A DNA stretch of 44,788 nucleotides. It comes from Candidatus Hydrogenedentota bacterium. Its GTDB lineage: Bacteria > Hydrogenedentota > Hydrogenedentia > Hydrogenedentales > SLHB01. Positions 10,070-20,422 of the stretch are shown piece by piece. A model generated the notes under the pieces. It was not told the DNA's origin, made no database searches, and saw nothing but the letters and a program-made list of their open reading frames with translations. Positions within the stretch are counted from its first letter, which is position 1. Each line of letters begins with the position of its first letter. The stretch is taken from positions 1 through 44,788 of the forward strand of contig JAWXCN010000215.1 in the NCBI GenBank assembly GCA_034408725.1. The letters run 5' to 3'. The position numbers were made by a program, and so were the translations under genes.

Positions 10070-13000
10070 CTACCACCTCAACGTCCGCTGCCACGCTTCT
10101 TTCAACTCGGACAGACTCGCCTCCTCACGCACACCGTCGCGGCCCGTGATGCGAAAAACTTCGAGTGGGCTCACTTTGCCAAGCAGCGTGACGGCAATGC
10201 CGTTCATTTCCGAAACGAACGCGTCGGCCTTGGATACTGGCACGGTCACAACGAAACGGCTCTGTGATTCGCTGAACAGGGCGATGACGTCGCTTTCGGC
10301 AGGTATTGCGCGCAAATCGATGTCCATCCCGAAGCCGCCCGCAAACGCGGATTCGGCGAGCGCAACTCCCAACCCTCCGTCGGAACAGTCGTGGCACGAC
10401 GCCACGAGGCCACGCCCAATGGATTGAGACAAACCCTCATAGAGCGCGCGGGCTTTCTTCGCATCGACCTTCGGCACGTTCACGCCGAGCTGTCCGCGCA
10501 ACGCAAGGTACTCGCTTCCACCCATCTCGTTCTTGGTGTCGCCGATGACATACACAAGATCACCAGGTTGTTTCACGTCCATCGAGATGACTTTCGACAC
10601 GTCATCGATAATCGCCGCGGCGGTGAACAGAACAGTTGGCGGTATCGAAATTTTCGTATCGCCGATACGATAGTCGTTCTTCATGCTGTCTTTACCGCTG
10701 ATGAGAGGAATGTCGTAGGCCGTGCAAAAGTCGTAGAGCGCCTCGCAGCAGCGCACAAGTTGTCCAAGCTTGTACGCGCCGTCCGGAGTTTTCTCGCTCT
10801 CGACCGGGTCGGGCCAACAGAAATTGTCCAGCCCCGCGATCGAGCCCAGGCGCGCGCCCACCGCGATGAGATTGCGCACCGCCTCGTCAATCACACACGC
10901 CATCATCCAATACGTGTCCAGGTCGCTGTATTTCGGAGCGATGCCGCACGACACCGCAATGCCGCGCTTTGATCCCGGCGCCGGACGAATCACACCGGCG
11001 TTTCCCGGCCCGTCATGATCAACGCCCTGGAACTGCTTGAGCACGCTTTGGCCAAGCACTTCATGATCGTACATGCGGACAAAGTTCTCTTTGCTGCACA
11101 CGTTCAACGCGCCCAATACGCCCTTAAGGTCCGTAATCAGGTCGCTGTCTTTGACAATCACTTCCGGTTGAGGTGTTGGCGGGTACCACGTCGCCTTGAG
11201 CCGCATCTTCGGCACGCCGTCATGGAGAAAATCCATGTCGAGCGCGGCGATCAGTGCGCCGTCATAGCGGCACTCCAGAAGACCCGAATCCGTGAACTCG
11301 CCGAGGACGGTGGCCTCGACTTCGCGGCGTTTGGCAAGCGCCGTGAGCGCATTCAAGTTCTCCGGTGCGACGGCGAGCGTCATGCGCTCCTGCGCTTCCG
11401 ACAGAAAAATCTCCCAGGGAGCCAAGCCGGGATATTTCAGCGGCGCGCGGTCGAGATGGATCACGGCGCCGCCCGGGCCCTTGGCCATTTCGCCAATGCT
11501 CGAGGACAATCCGCCCGCGCCGTTATCGGTAATGTTCGAGAACAATCCGAGGTCGCGTGCTTCCAGCAAAAAATCCGCCATCTTCTTTTGCGTGATCGCG
11601 TCGCCAATCTGCACGGCGGTGGCGGGCGAGCCTTCGTGCAATTCCTCGGATGAAAACGTCGCCCCGTGGATGCCGTCTTTGCCGATGCGTCCGCCGCACA
11701 TGACGATGTAATCGCCGGGTCGAGCAGCCTTTTCGTGACTGGGCTTTCCTGCAATCGTGGCCGGAATGAGGCCGCCCGTCCCGCAAAACACGAGGGGTTT
11801 TCCGAGGAAGCGGTCGTGAAACACGATCGCCCCGTTGAGATCGGGAATGCCGCTTTGGTTACCACCGTCCTTCACGCCCTGGTGTACGCCGCGCAACACG
11901 CGGCGCGGATGCATGAGGCGCGGAGGAATTGCGCCTTCGTAAAATGGCGATGCGAAACAAAACACGTCCGTGTTGAATATGCAACGGCAGCCCATCCCCG
12001 CGCCGAGCACGTCGCGGTTCACGCCAACAATACCGGTGATCGCTCCGCCGTAAGGGTCGAGTGCGGAGGGGCTGTTGTGGGTTTCGGCCTTTAGCGCGAA
12101 GTTCCAATGTTCGTCAAATTTGATGATGCCCGCGTTGTCGTGAAACACGCTGACCAGCCAATCGACACGTTTTGCGACTTCGTCTGTAGTCGCTTTAACA
12201 TAGTTTTTGAATAGTCCGTCTATCAGTCGCGTCGTGCCAGATTCGTCCGTGTACTCGATTTCCGCGTTAAAAATTTTATGCTTGCAGTGTTCCGACCACG
12301 TCTGCGCCAGGATTTCGAGTTCGATATCGGTTGGGTCGAGCGGCAGCCCGTCACTTGCGCGCCGCTCCCGCACGTCGGGCTTGCGATAATACGTTTGAAT
12401 TGCCAGCATCTCGCCCAAATCGAGGGCGAGCATCCGATCGCGGCTCAACGAGACGAGTGCGTCGCTGGGTATGTCAAGCCGGATGGCCTGCACTTCGCTG
12501 CTGCTGCGTTCGGTCACAATCGGGAGGCCTAGCAAACCATCGCGCCCGGATTCCGTCATCTCGGTTTTTGACCGCACGACCCAACGTTGAATCAGATCGT
12601 TCGCCAGAAGATCGCGCGCGATGCGCGCGCATTGCTTGGCGTTGACGTGGCCCGCGATCGCGTACTGGGTGGATTTGAATATTGCCTCCGTCGGTCCGAG
12701 CGCGCGGCCCAAGGTGTCAGCGGCCCCTTCGACGGAACTTTTGCCCACGTTGTCCGTTACTCCGGGCCGGAACCCAACCTCGATTAGATAATCGTAATCC
12801 GCCGCAAGCGCGGCGTCGATGCACGAATCCTGAATTATGGGATCCGTAAACAGCTCACGCCGCACGAGGTCCAATTCGGCAGCCGTCAGATCGGCGTGAA
12901 TCGTGTAGACGTCGATCACCCGCACCTCGTCCACACGAATGCCGAGATCGTCCGCGATGCGCGCCTTCACCCCATCGCCAACGGGATCGATCATCGCGCG

Positions 13001-13075
13001 TTTCATCCCAACTTCGATGCGGTGTACCACGTGACGCGCATCGGCCGCTTCCAGCTTTGCCTGCGGTTCACCCAT
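10070..13075 (-). CDS. purL: FGAM synthase PurL with N-terminal PurS-like region
   Basis: QTWSEHCKHK, ETHNSPS, DGIHGATFSS, DNGAGG, SEAQERM, GKDSMKN, HDCSDGG; 1001 aa. Confidence 0.95.
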   Translation of the reverse strand: MGEPQAKLEAADARHVVHRIEVGMKRAMIDPVGDGVKARIADDLGIRVDEVRVIDVYTIHADLTAAELDLVRRELFTDPIIQDSCIDAALAADYDYLIEVGFRPGVTDNVGKSSVEGAADTLGRALGPTEAIFKSTQYAIAGHVNAKQCARIARDLLANDLIQRWVVRSKTEMTESGRDGLLGLPIVTERSSSEVQAIRLDIPSDALVSLSRDRMLALDLGEMLAIQTYYRKPDVRERRASDGLPLDPTDIELEILAQTWSEHCKHKIFNAEIEYTDESGTTRLIDGLFKNYVKATTDEVAKRVDWLVSVFHDNAGIIKFDEHWNFALKAETHNSPSALDPYGGAITGIVGVNRDVLGAGMGCRCIFNTDVFCFASPFYEGAIPPRLMHPRRVLRGVHQGVKDGGNQSGIPDLNGAIVFHDRFLGKPLVFCGTGGLIPATIAGKPSHEKAARPGDYIVMCGGRIGKDGIHGATFSSEELHEGSPATAVQIGDAITQKKMADFLLEARDLGLFSNITDNGAGGLSSSIGEMAKGPGGAVIHLDRAPLKYPGLAPWEIFLSEAQERMTLAVAPENLNALTALAKRREVEATVLGEFTDSGLLECRYDGALIAALDMDFLHDGVPKMRLKATWYPPTPQPEVIVKDSDLITDLKGVLGALNVCSKENFVRMYDHEVLGQSVLKQFQGVDHDGPGNAGVIRPAPGSKRGIAVSCGIAPKYSDLDTYWMMACVIDEAVRNLIAVGARLGSIAGLDNFCWPDPVESEKTPDGAYKLGQLVRCCEALYDFCTAYDIPLISGKDSMKNDYRIGDTKISIPPTVLFTAAAIIDDVSKVISMDVKQPGDLVYVIGDTKNEMGGSEYLALRGQLGVNVPKVDAKKARALYEGLSQSIGRGLVASCHDCSDGGLGVALAESAFAGGFGMDIDLRAIPAESDVIALFSESQSRFVVTVPVSKADAFVSEMNGIAVTLLGKVSPLEVFRITGRDGVREEASLSELKEAWQRTLRW

Positions 13076-14129
13076 AGGTCAGGGTCCCCGTATACGAAAC
13101 AGCGTGCGGCCCTTTGACGACATGTCCCACCACCGCGCTTTGCATGCCCGCCTGATCGAGCGCTTTCAGCGCGCGGTCGGCGTCATCCTCCTGGATGACA
13201 ACCAGGAATCCAATCCCGCAATTAAAGGTCCGTAGCATTTCCGTCTGGACAACGTTGCCGGTTCGCTGCATAAAACCAAATATTGCCGGGGCGGTCCACG
13301 AACCCAGGTCGATTACCGCGCCCATGTCTTTCGGCAACGCCCGCGGCAGATTGTCAGTAATGCCGCCCCCGGTGATGTGCGCCATGGCTTTGACATTTGC
13401 GATCTTCATCAGGATGCGCACGAGCGTGGCGTAGCTGCGGTGCGGCTCCATCAATGCTTCCGCCACCGTGCGGTCAACACCAGGCATCATGTCGTCGTAG
13501 GATAATCTTGCGACATCAAACACAATTTGCCGCGCGAGACTGTAACCGTTGGTATGCAGGCCGGACGACGGCAAACCAATGATCACATCGCCCGCCTCCA
13601 CGGTCGAGCCATCAACGATGCGTTTACGATCCACGACGCCCACTATCGTCCCGGAGATGTCGTATTCCCCAGGTTGATACAGACCCGGCATCTCCGCCGT
13701 CTCGCCACCGATCAGGGAACAGTTCGCATATCGGCAGCCGTTCGTCAAACCACGGATCACCTCGACGACAACCCCGGGTTCCAGTTTTCCAAACGCCAGG
13801 TAATCGAGGAAGAACAAGGGCTTTGCCCCTTGCACAAGAATATCGTTCACGCAATGGGATACCAGGTCCACGCCGATGGTGTCATGTCTTCCGGTCATGA
13901 ACGCGAGTTTGATCTTCGTGCCAACACCATCGACGCTCGATACCAGCACCGGTTCATCCATGCCCTTCGTGTCGAGGCTGTACATCGCGCCAAAAGTGCC
14001 GATATCGCACAGCACCCGGTCATCGAACGTCTTGTTCACCATGTCCTTAATCTGGCGGACGGCCTGGTCGGCCGCATCTATATCGACACCTGCGTCGCGG
14101 TACGTCATCCCGCGTTTTTCACTACTCAT
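13068..14129 (-). CDS. purM: AIR synthase (phosphoribosylformylglycinamidine cyclo-ligase)
   Basis: YRDAGVDID, DGVGTK, GGETAEMP, SSGLHTNGYSL, HITGGG, RTFNCG; GGAGG upstream of ATG 14129. Confidence 0.96.
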   Translation of the reverse strand: MSSEKRGMTYRDAGVDIDAADQAVRQIKDMVNKTFDDRVLCDIGTFGAMYSLDTKGMDEPVLVSSVDGVGTKIKLAFMTGRHDTIGVDLVSHCVNDILVQGAKPLFFLDYLAFGKLEPGVVVEVIRGLTNGCRYANCSLIGGETAEMPGLYQPGEYDISGTIVGVVDRKRIVDGSTVEAGDVIIGLPSSGLHTNGYSLARQIVFDVARLSYDDMMPGVDRTVAEALMEPHRSYATLVRILMKIANVKAMAHITGGGITDNLPRALPKDMGAVIDLGSWTAPAIFGFMQRTGNVVQTEMLRTFNCGIGFLVVIQEDDADRALKALDQAGMQSAVVGHVVKGPHAVSYTGTLTYG

Positions 14130-14162
14130 ACAATTCCCTCCAAAGGGCGTTAGGCTGGCATT

Positions 14163-14192
14163 AGAATATCCGCGCGCCAGTCCATTCAGCAA
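14163..14192 (-). promoter_or_regulatory. Putative purM promoter
   Basis: Minus strand TTGCTG-N18-TATTCT. Confidence 0.45.
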
Positions 14193-14214
14193 TTGAATAA
14201 AAATGATGCGACTG

Positions 14215-14229
14215 ATAAGATTTTCTTAT
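14215..14229. promoter_or_regulatory. LysR-type T-N11-A binding site
   Basis: ATAAGA-TTT-TCTTAT interrupted palindrome between divergent lysR and purM. Confidence 0.65.
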
Positions 14230-14240
14230 TGGAGCCATCC

Positions 14241-15134
14241 ATGACACTCGATCAACTCCGTTCGTTCCGTGCCATTGTCGAGACCGGCAGCTTTCGCGCG
14301 GCAGCAGATCGGATGCACCGTACCCAACCAGCCATTACCCAACAAATCAAAGGGCTTGAACGCGAAACCGGCCATACGCTCATCGACCGGAAAACCGCGC
14401 GCCCAACGCCCGCGGGCCAGCGGCTCTATGAACGCGCGTGCCCGCTGTTGTCCGACGTCGAAAGTATACGGCGGGGCATGCGCGATTTCGATGAAACGGA
14501 ATCCCGGGAGCTTCGTTTAGGCACGAGCGACACAACGGCGCTGTACGTGCTGCCTCCCATTGTGCGCAGATTCATGCGCGCGGAACCGGCTGCCCGGCTG
14601 CGCATCATCAACCGTCCGACCGAGGCTATCGCGGAACTGGTCCTGCGCGGCGAACTGGACCTTGGCATCGTCACGCTGCCGGTGCGCAAACCGCAGCTTG
14701 AGGAACACCTGCTGATGGAACAGGAGCTCGTGCTGGTGACGTCGCGACGGCATGCGTTGGCGGGAAAACACAGCATTGCGTTAAACGCACTCGGGGGCGA
14801 GACCTTCCTGATGCTCGAAGAGCAGACGCGCACCGGGGCATTGATGCGCGCCCATTTCCGCGCGCACGGATTCGATCCCAGGGTGGCGCTGGATTCAGGA
14901 AGCTTCGAGGTCATCAAACGGTACGTTGGCGAGGGCATTGGCGTGTCATTCCTTCCGCGCAACACAATTACGAAACAGGATGCGAATCTCGTCACGATTC
15001 GCGTGCCAGGCTTGCCCCGCGTAGCAATTGGCGCGATACAACGAAAGGGCGCATACCAAACCAAAGCTGCCCGCCTGTTCCGGGAAATTTTGGTCGTGGA
15101 ATCGAATGGTAGTAAAAATCACGTCAAATCCTGA
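14241..15134 (+). CDS. LysR family transcriptional regulator
   Basis: MTLDQLRSF..IVETGSF..AA...RTQPAITQQIKGLE HTH; substrate-binding domain (GELDLGI, GIGVSFLP); GGAG before ATG. Confidence 0.93.
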   Translation: MTLDQLRSFRAIVETGSFRAAADRMHRTQPAITQQIKGLERETGHTLIDRKTARPTPAGQRLYERACPLLSDVESIRRGMRDFDETESRELRLGTSDTTALYVLPPIVRRFMRAEPAARLRIINRPTEAIAELVLRGELDLGIVTLPVRKPQLEEHLLMEQELVLVTSRRHALAGKHSIALNALGGETFLMLEEQTRTGALMRAHFRAHGFDPRVALDSGSFEVIKRYVGEGIGVSFLPRNTITKQDANLVTIRVPGLPRVAIGAIQRKGAYQTKAARLFREILVVESNGSKNHVKS

Positions 15135-15143
15135 GCGGATTTT

Positions 15144-15349
<206 letters not shown>

Positions 15350-15378
15350 GAATAGAAAGGGTGGTATACCCGCAGACT

Positions 15379-16947
15379 CTACTGCGCAATATCCACGGGC
15401 GCGTTATCATCGGTAAACACCATGCCATCGCGCAGTGCGCTTTGCGCGCGGGATACCTGCGTCAAACGCTCCGCGAACTTCGGCGGAAGAAAATGCCCTT
15501 GGGCAACCGATTTCTCCGCCAACCCGGTCAAGTCCGTGGGGTGAGTCAGCCACGGACCCTCCGGCCAGCCTTTGCCGTCGCGGGTCCCGTTCGGCGCAAG
15601 TTTTGCATAGTCGATTTTTTGCGCGACGAAAACCGTATTCCAGCTAGACTCCGCTTCAAACACATAGACGGTTTGGAAAACAGTTTCGAGCGTCCGCAAT
15701 ATGCCGCGCACGGTGCTGTCGTTCGCCCCGCCATATATGCCCATGACGTTGTACACCAGGCATCCGCCGTTTTCGATGCACTCCGCGGAGGCTTCAAAAA
15801 ACTCCTTCGTCGCGAGATGATAGGGAAGATAGGCGCCGTTCCTGCCCGATGCGTACGCGTCCATCATGATCGCGCCATATTTCTGTTGCGTCCGCTGAAT
15901 GTACGTGCGGCCATCGGTCGTGACAGCGCGCATGCGTTTGTCATCGGGCAACTGAAAATATTTCCTTGCGACCGTCACGACCGCCGGGTCGATTTCCACG
16001 ATATCAATGCGCATCGCGGGATAGCTGTTCAAAAAGCTTTTCGGTCCAGTACCTCCGCCGAGCCCGACGAACAACACCGACTTTATCGTCGGGTCCAGCA
16101 GCATGGGCACATGAAAATAGTCCGTGTACTCGAACCCCCCGCTGAATGGATTCTTTACGTCCATCGTTGTTTGCGGTGAGCTGTCGAAATACAGGATGCG
16201 TTTTCCGGCCTCATCTTTCACGAGGATATGATGATAGGCTGAATAATCTTCGTAAACAGTTGTGTCTTGCGCAACCGCGGCGCCCGCAAGGAGCGGCAGC
16301 AAGATCGCTCCTGTAGACCGCTTCAGACGCTTTGTCGTTGCCATCTGAGAGACTATGATCAGCAAACCTCCGGCCAACAAAATGGCGCAAGTCGTATACA
16401 GGGAATTCTGCACGCCCCATTGCACAAATAACGATGAGGTCGCCAAGGTGCCGCAGATGCTGCCAATCGTGGACAGCGCGGCGACGCGGCCCGTGCCCGC
16501 TCCCAGAGTCGCCATGTTCACGACGAGTAAGCGGATGGCCTGCGGCATTACCGTGCCCAAGGCAAGCAGCGGAACGAGGGTTGCCGCCGCGGACGCCGCC
16601 AGTGGCTCCCACCAGCGCATGTGTTCGCCTTTTTCCAGACTTTCCGCCGCGAATACCACGATGGGTTCCATGAACAGGGCACTCCCGCCAGCGATACATA
16701 AAACAATTCCCAACGGCAGCCACGAGCGAAACTTGTCCGCGAGCCATCCACCCAGCGCGTATCCCGCGGCCAATCCGAGCAGGCAAACGGAAATCTCGCC
16801 CGCCCAAACATCAAGCGAACTTCCGAAAAAACGCTGTAAAAAGCGCACCGCGATGAATTCATAGATCATGACCGCCGCGCCCGATACGAATACGAGCACG
16901 TTCACCGCCACAATGGAGAATCGCGTGGGAGATGTCTGATGTTGCAT
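15379..16947 (-). CDS. Fused membrane (MFS-like)/spermidine synthase-like SAM-dependent transferase
   Basis: N-terminal TM block (SGAAVMIYE..., STIGSICGT); C-terminal VLFVGLGGG, VEIDP, DGR, MMDAY, FTDDNAP. Confidence 0.85.
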   Translation of the reverse strand: MQHQTSPTRFSIVAVNVLVFVSGAAVMIYEFIAVRFLQRFFGSSLDVWAGEISVCLLGLAAGYALGGWLADKFRSWLPLGIVLCIAGGSALFMEPIVVFAAESLEKGEHMRWWEPLAASAAATLVPLLALGTVMPQAIRLLVVNMATLGAGTGRVAALSTIGSICGTLATSSLFVQWGVQNSLYTTCAILLAGGLLIIVSQMATTKRLKRSTGAILLPLLAGAAVAQDTTVYEDYSAYHHILVKDEAGKRILYFDSSPQTTMDVKNPFSGGFEYTDYFHVPMLLDPTIKSVLFVGLGGGTGPKSFLNSYPAMRIDIVEIDPAVVTVARKYFQLPDDKRMRAVTTDGRTYIQRTQQKYGAIMMDAYASGRNGAYLPYHLATKEFFEASAECIENGGCLVYNVMGIYGGANDSTVRGILRTLETVFQTVYVFEAESSWNTVFVAQKIDYAKLAPNGTRDGKGWPEGPWLTHPTDLTGLAEKSVAQGHFLPPKFAERLTQVSRAQSALRDGMVFTDDNAPVDIAQ

Positions 16948-17038
16948 ACGATTTTGATTATACCTTTCCCGTCCCTTGCTGAAAACGAAAAAAGGGTGGC
17001 CATTAATGGCCACCCTTGCAGATACTTGCCGACGTGCG

Positions 17039-18646
17039 TTAGCGGCGCTGTTTCTTGGCGAGTGCTTCGAGTTTCATGCCGCCGCGGATTATGCCGAGCA
17101 GCCGGCCAACGCCGGTTTTCCCGTACATCGTGTCAAGCAGTTGGCTGAACAACTCGTATTTTTCCTTCGTATACGGAAACCAATGCAGTTCGTGCTTGCT
17201 GCCGCTGTCGACGATGATCGATTTAATGTGTGAAAACCCGTGCAAACCATGCGCGCCGTAATACCGGCCAAACCCACTTTCCTTCGTCCCGCCGAAAGGC
17301 AAGGCGGCATTGCCCTGTGTCGCGAGCACGTTATTAATCGAAACGTTGCCACTCTCGATCGTGCGGGCGACCCGCTCCGCCCGGTCCATGTCCTTGGACC
17401 ATACCGCCGCGCTCAGGCCATACGGCGAGCTGTTTGCCATTGAAACAGCCTCATCCTCGGTGCGGAATTTTTCAACCGTAATCACCGGCCCGAAAGTTTC
17501 CTCGCTGATGACGCGCATCGAATTGTTCACGTTCGAAATCAGCGTCGGAGCAAACGCCTGGGATTCTCCCGCGCGCGTGCCCCCCGTGTGAATCGTCGCG
17601 CCCTTCGCGCGCGCGTCTTCCACAAGCTCCTGCACCTTCTCGATCTGGAAAGGAGCAGTCATGTGGCCCACGTCCTGATCGCCTGCGTCTGGCGCCCCTT
17701 CCCGCGCGGCCGCGTGATCGAGCGTGCCAATCTTTGCGGTAAGCGCGGCCACGAAATCATCGTGAATGCGTTCGTGGACCAATACCCGCTCGATGGACGT
17801 GCAGGTTTGGCCACAATTCATCATCCCGCCCCACATCGCGCCGGCGGCCGCGCGATCAATATCCACGTCGTCGAACACAACCATCGGGTCCTTGCCGCCA
17901 AGTTCCAATTCAACGGGGATGAGATTCTTCGCGGCCTGTTCCATGATCTGCTTGCCCGCGCGTGTGCTGCCCGTGAACAGAATTTTCGCGGGGCGCTGCT
18001 CGATGAGGCGCCGGCCTGTTTCCTTGCCGCCGTATATTACGCTTATAGCGTCCTTCATAAACCCGCTGCCGGCAATTATTTCCTCGACGAGACCCTTGAG
18101 CGGCGTCCATTCCGATGGCTTGAACACGATTGAATTTCCCGCCACGAACGCCGTGATCATCGGCACGAATGCGAGATTAAACGGAAAATTCCACGGCGAG
18201 ATGATGAGCACCGTCCCCATGGGTTCGTAACGGATATAGGATTTCTTCCCCTGCAAAATGATCGGCGTGGGGACCTTCTCGTCCCGCAAATACTTTTCAG
18301 CAGTCTTGCTGTAGAAATCGATGATCTCGAGCACCGCGCGAACGTCGGCCAACAGCGCGTCCATCCGCGCCTTGCCGGTCTCCTGGACGATGCGTTCGAC
18401 GATCTGTTCCTTATGCTTTAATACGTAGTCGCGAATCTTGAGCGTTTCTCCCACGCGTTCGGCGACGGACATCTTCCGGACTTTCTCAAAGGCCTGCCGG
18501 GCGCGAGTAAACGCGGCGTCGATATCTGCGTCACTGGGTTCTGCGAAGGAGTAGAGGGTTTGCCGCGTGCGCGGATCGCGGACGACTATGTCCCCGCTGC
18601 CGGGCGCGGCCACTTGTCCAGGGGAAAGCAGAGAAGCTTGTGCCAT
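17039..18646 (-). CDS. Aldehyde dehydrogenase family protein
   Basis: SPWNFP, KPSE, FTGST, LELGGKD, GQTCTS (catalytic Cys), EETFGP, PFGG.K.SG. Confidence 0.93.
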   Translation of the reverse strand: MAQASLLSPGQVAAPGSGDIVVRDPRTRQTLYSFAEPSDADIDAAFTRARQAFEKVRKMSVAERVGETLKIRDYVLKHKEQIVERIVQETGKARMDALLADVRAVLEIIDFYSKTAEKYLRDEKVPTPIILQGKKSYIRYEPMGTVLIISPWNFPFNLAFVPMITAFVAGNSIVFKPSEWTPLKGLVEEIIAGSGFMKDAISVIYGGKETGRRLIEQRPAKILFTGSTRAGKQIMEQAAKNLIPVELELGGKDPMVVFDDVDIDRAAAGAMWGGMMNCGQTCTSIERVLVHERIHDDFVAALTAKIGTLDHAAAREGAPDAGDQDVGHMTAPFQIEKVQELVEDARAKGATIHTGGTRAGESQAFAPTLISNVNNSMRVISEETFGPVITVEKFRTEDEAVSMANSSPYGLSAAVWSKDMDRAERVARTIESGNVSINNVLATQGNAALPFGGTKESGFGRYYGAHGLHGFSHIKSIIVDSGSKHELHWFPYTKEKYELFSQLLDTMYGKTGVGRLLGIIRGGMKLEALAKKQRR

Positions 18647-18772
18647 GATGACGCGACCTCCGTTTGTGCGGGCGTACGGCGGGGCAGCAGCGCCAAATTG
18701 GTATACACCCGATAACCCACTATAACAAAGGGGAGGAGAACCGGCAACCGTGCAGTTTGGTATACTTGCCCG

Positions 18773-19468
18773 ATGCTTACATCCTGTCTATCACCATGGC
18801 TCATGGTTTGTGCAGTGTGCGCGGCCGCGTTGACCGGTCCTACCTTCCCCGAACGGACGATACCGCCCGTGGACAACGCCGGGAAGCATCCGGACCTCAA
18901 GACGTTTCTGAATGATCTTTCGACCGCTGTCGAGAATAAAGATGTGAAGCAATTGCTCGCGCACGTCGACGAAAACATCAAAATCGGTTTCGACGCCGAA
19001 AACGGCAAGGCTAATTTCACCCGGAATTGGGGACTGGATACAGGTCCCGCGAAGTCCGTCATCTGGAAAGAGCTGGGCGATGTCCTGCGCTTGGGCGGCG
19101 CCTACTCGGAAGAAAACGGAACGGCGCGGTACATCGCCCCGTATATGTTTGCCAAGTGGCCCGATGAATTTGACAGTTTTGAGTACGCCGCAATAACCGG
19201 TGAGAACGTCACGATACGGAGCGGGCCAAGCCGTACCGCAGCGGCCATTAAAACTGTCAGTTATCTAATTGTTCACATGGAAGAAATTCCCGAAGAAATC
19301 GAGGAAACGATCAACGGCGAAACGCACCCCTGGAGAAAGATCGGGTTGCCCGATGGGCGCAAAGGTTTCGTCTGGGGAAAATATGCCCGCAGCCCCGTTT
19401 CGTACCGCGCTGGGTTCGAGCGCACGAACGGCTTTTGGAAGTTGACGTTTTTTCTGGCGGGTGATTGA
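18773..19468 (+). CDS. Exported protein with C-terminal bacterial SH3 domain
   Basis: Signal peptide; ITGENVTIRSGPS...W.KI..PDGRKGFV SH3b pattern. Confidence 0.75.
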   Translation: MLTSCLSPWLMVCAVCAAALTGPTFPERTIPPVDNAGKHPDLKTFLNDLSTAVENKDVKQLLAHVDENIKIGFDAENGKANFTRNWGLDTGPAKSVIWKELGDVLRLGGAYSEENGTARYIAPYMFAKWPDEFDSFEYAAITGENVTIRSGPSRTAAAIKTVSYLIVHMEEIPEEIEETINGETHPWRKIGLPDGRKGFVWGKYARSPVSYRAGFERTNGFWKLTFFLAGD

Positions 19469-19522
19469 TCGCATTTCGCGATCACGAAGCGATTTGGCGC
19501 CGGCAACTCGAGGGGGACATCA

Positions 19523-20422
19523 ATGAACCATACCGGATTCGCGTCAACCACGCGCGGCCTTCGCCGCGGGTCCCCGCCCATGATACTGTTCGAGAAAGCG
19601 AAGCGAATCGGAATATGGAATCCTTCCGACATTGATTTCACGCAAGACATCAAGGATTGGCCCCGCTTTTCGGATATCGAACGCGACGCCGTACTTCGCT
19701 TAACGTCACTGTTCGCGGCCGGGGAAGAAGCGGTCACGCTGGACCTCCTCCCGCTTATGCAAGCCATCGCGCGAACGGGTCAACCTGAAGAAGCGATCTA
19801 TATGACGTCGTTTTTATGGGAAGAAGCAAAGCACACCGACTTCTTTTCACGGTTCCTGTCAGAAGTCGTTGTCGATCATGATGGGCTCGAGCGGTACCAT
19901 TTGCCCTGTTATCGCAGTCTCTTCTATGACGCGCTCCCATCCGCGCTCAACGCCCTCACGGACGATCCGTCCCCCCGCGCACTCGTGCGCGCGTCGACAA
20001 CCTATAACCTCGTCGTAGAAGGCATCGTCGCCGAAACCGGCTACCACGCATATTTTATCGCGCTGGACCAGAAAGGCATGTTGCCCGGCACGCGCGGCGC
20101 GATTTCCAAAATCAAGCAAGACGAGGCGCGTCACATCGCGTTTGGAATCTACCTGCTGTCCCGGCTCCTCTCATCCGACCCGGCGCTCTGGGACGTTGTG
20201 CAGGAGACGATGAATGATCTGCTTCAAGTAACCATGGGCATGATCCACGAAATGTTCGAACAATACGAGACGCCGCCCTTCGGGGTACCCGAAACCGAGT
20301 TTCAGGAATTCGCAATGCGGCAATTCGAGAAGCGCCTGACCCGGTTAGACCGCGCGCGCACCATGTCGTTCGCGGATGTCGAAGCGTTCACGCGCCACGT
20401 TATCGAAGACGACGATGCCTAG
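19523..20422 (+). CDS. R2-like ligand-binding oxidase (R2lox, Mn/Fe ferritin-like)
   Basis: LFEKAKR.GIWNP.DIDF.QD, AGEEAVTLDL, EEAKH, YNLVVEG, DEARH match Geobacillus/Mycobacterium R2lox patterns. Confidence 0.9.
   Translation: MNHTGFASTTRGLRRGSPPMILFEKAKRIGIWNPSDIDFTQDIKDWPRFSDIERDAVLRLTSLFAAGEEAVTLDLLPLMQAIARTGQPEEAIYMTSFLWEEAKHTDFFSRFLSEVVVDHDGLERYHLPCYRSLFYDALPSALNALTDDPSPRALVRASTTYNLVVEGIVAETGYHAYFIALDQKGMLPGTRGAISKIKQDEARHIAFGIYLLSRLLSSDPALWDVVQETMNDLLQVTMGMIHEMFEQYETPPFGVPETEFQEFAMRQFEKRLTRLDRARTMSFADVEAFTRHVIEDDDA

Noticed and set aside
14130-14240. Purine/ZTP/PRPP riboswitch upstream of purM
   Set aside because: Predicted leader is under 30 nt and no aptamer-like structure is visible
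19523-20422. Ribonucleotide reductase beta subunit (nrdB/nrdF)
   Set aside because: Motifs match R2lox and there is no adjacent R1 subunit gene
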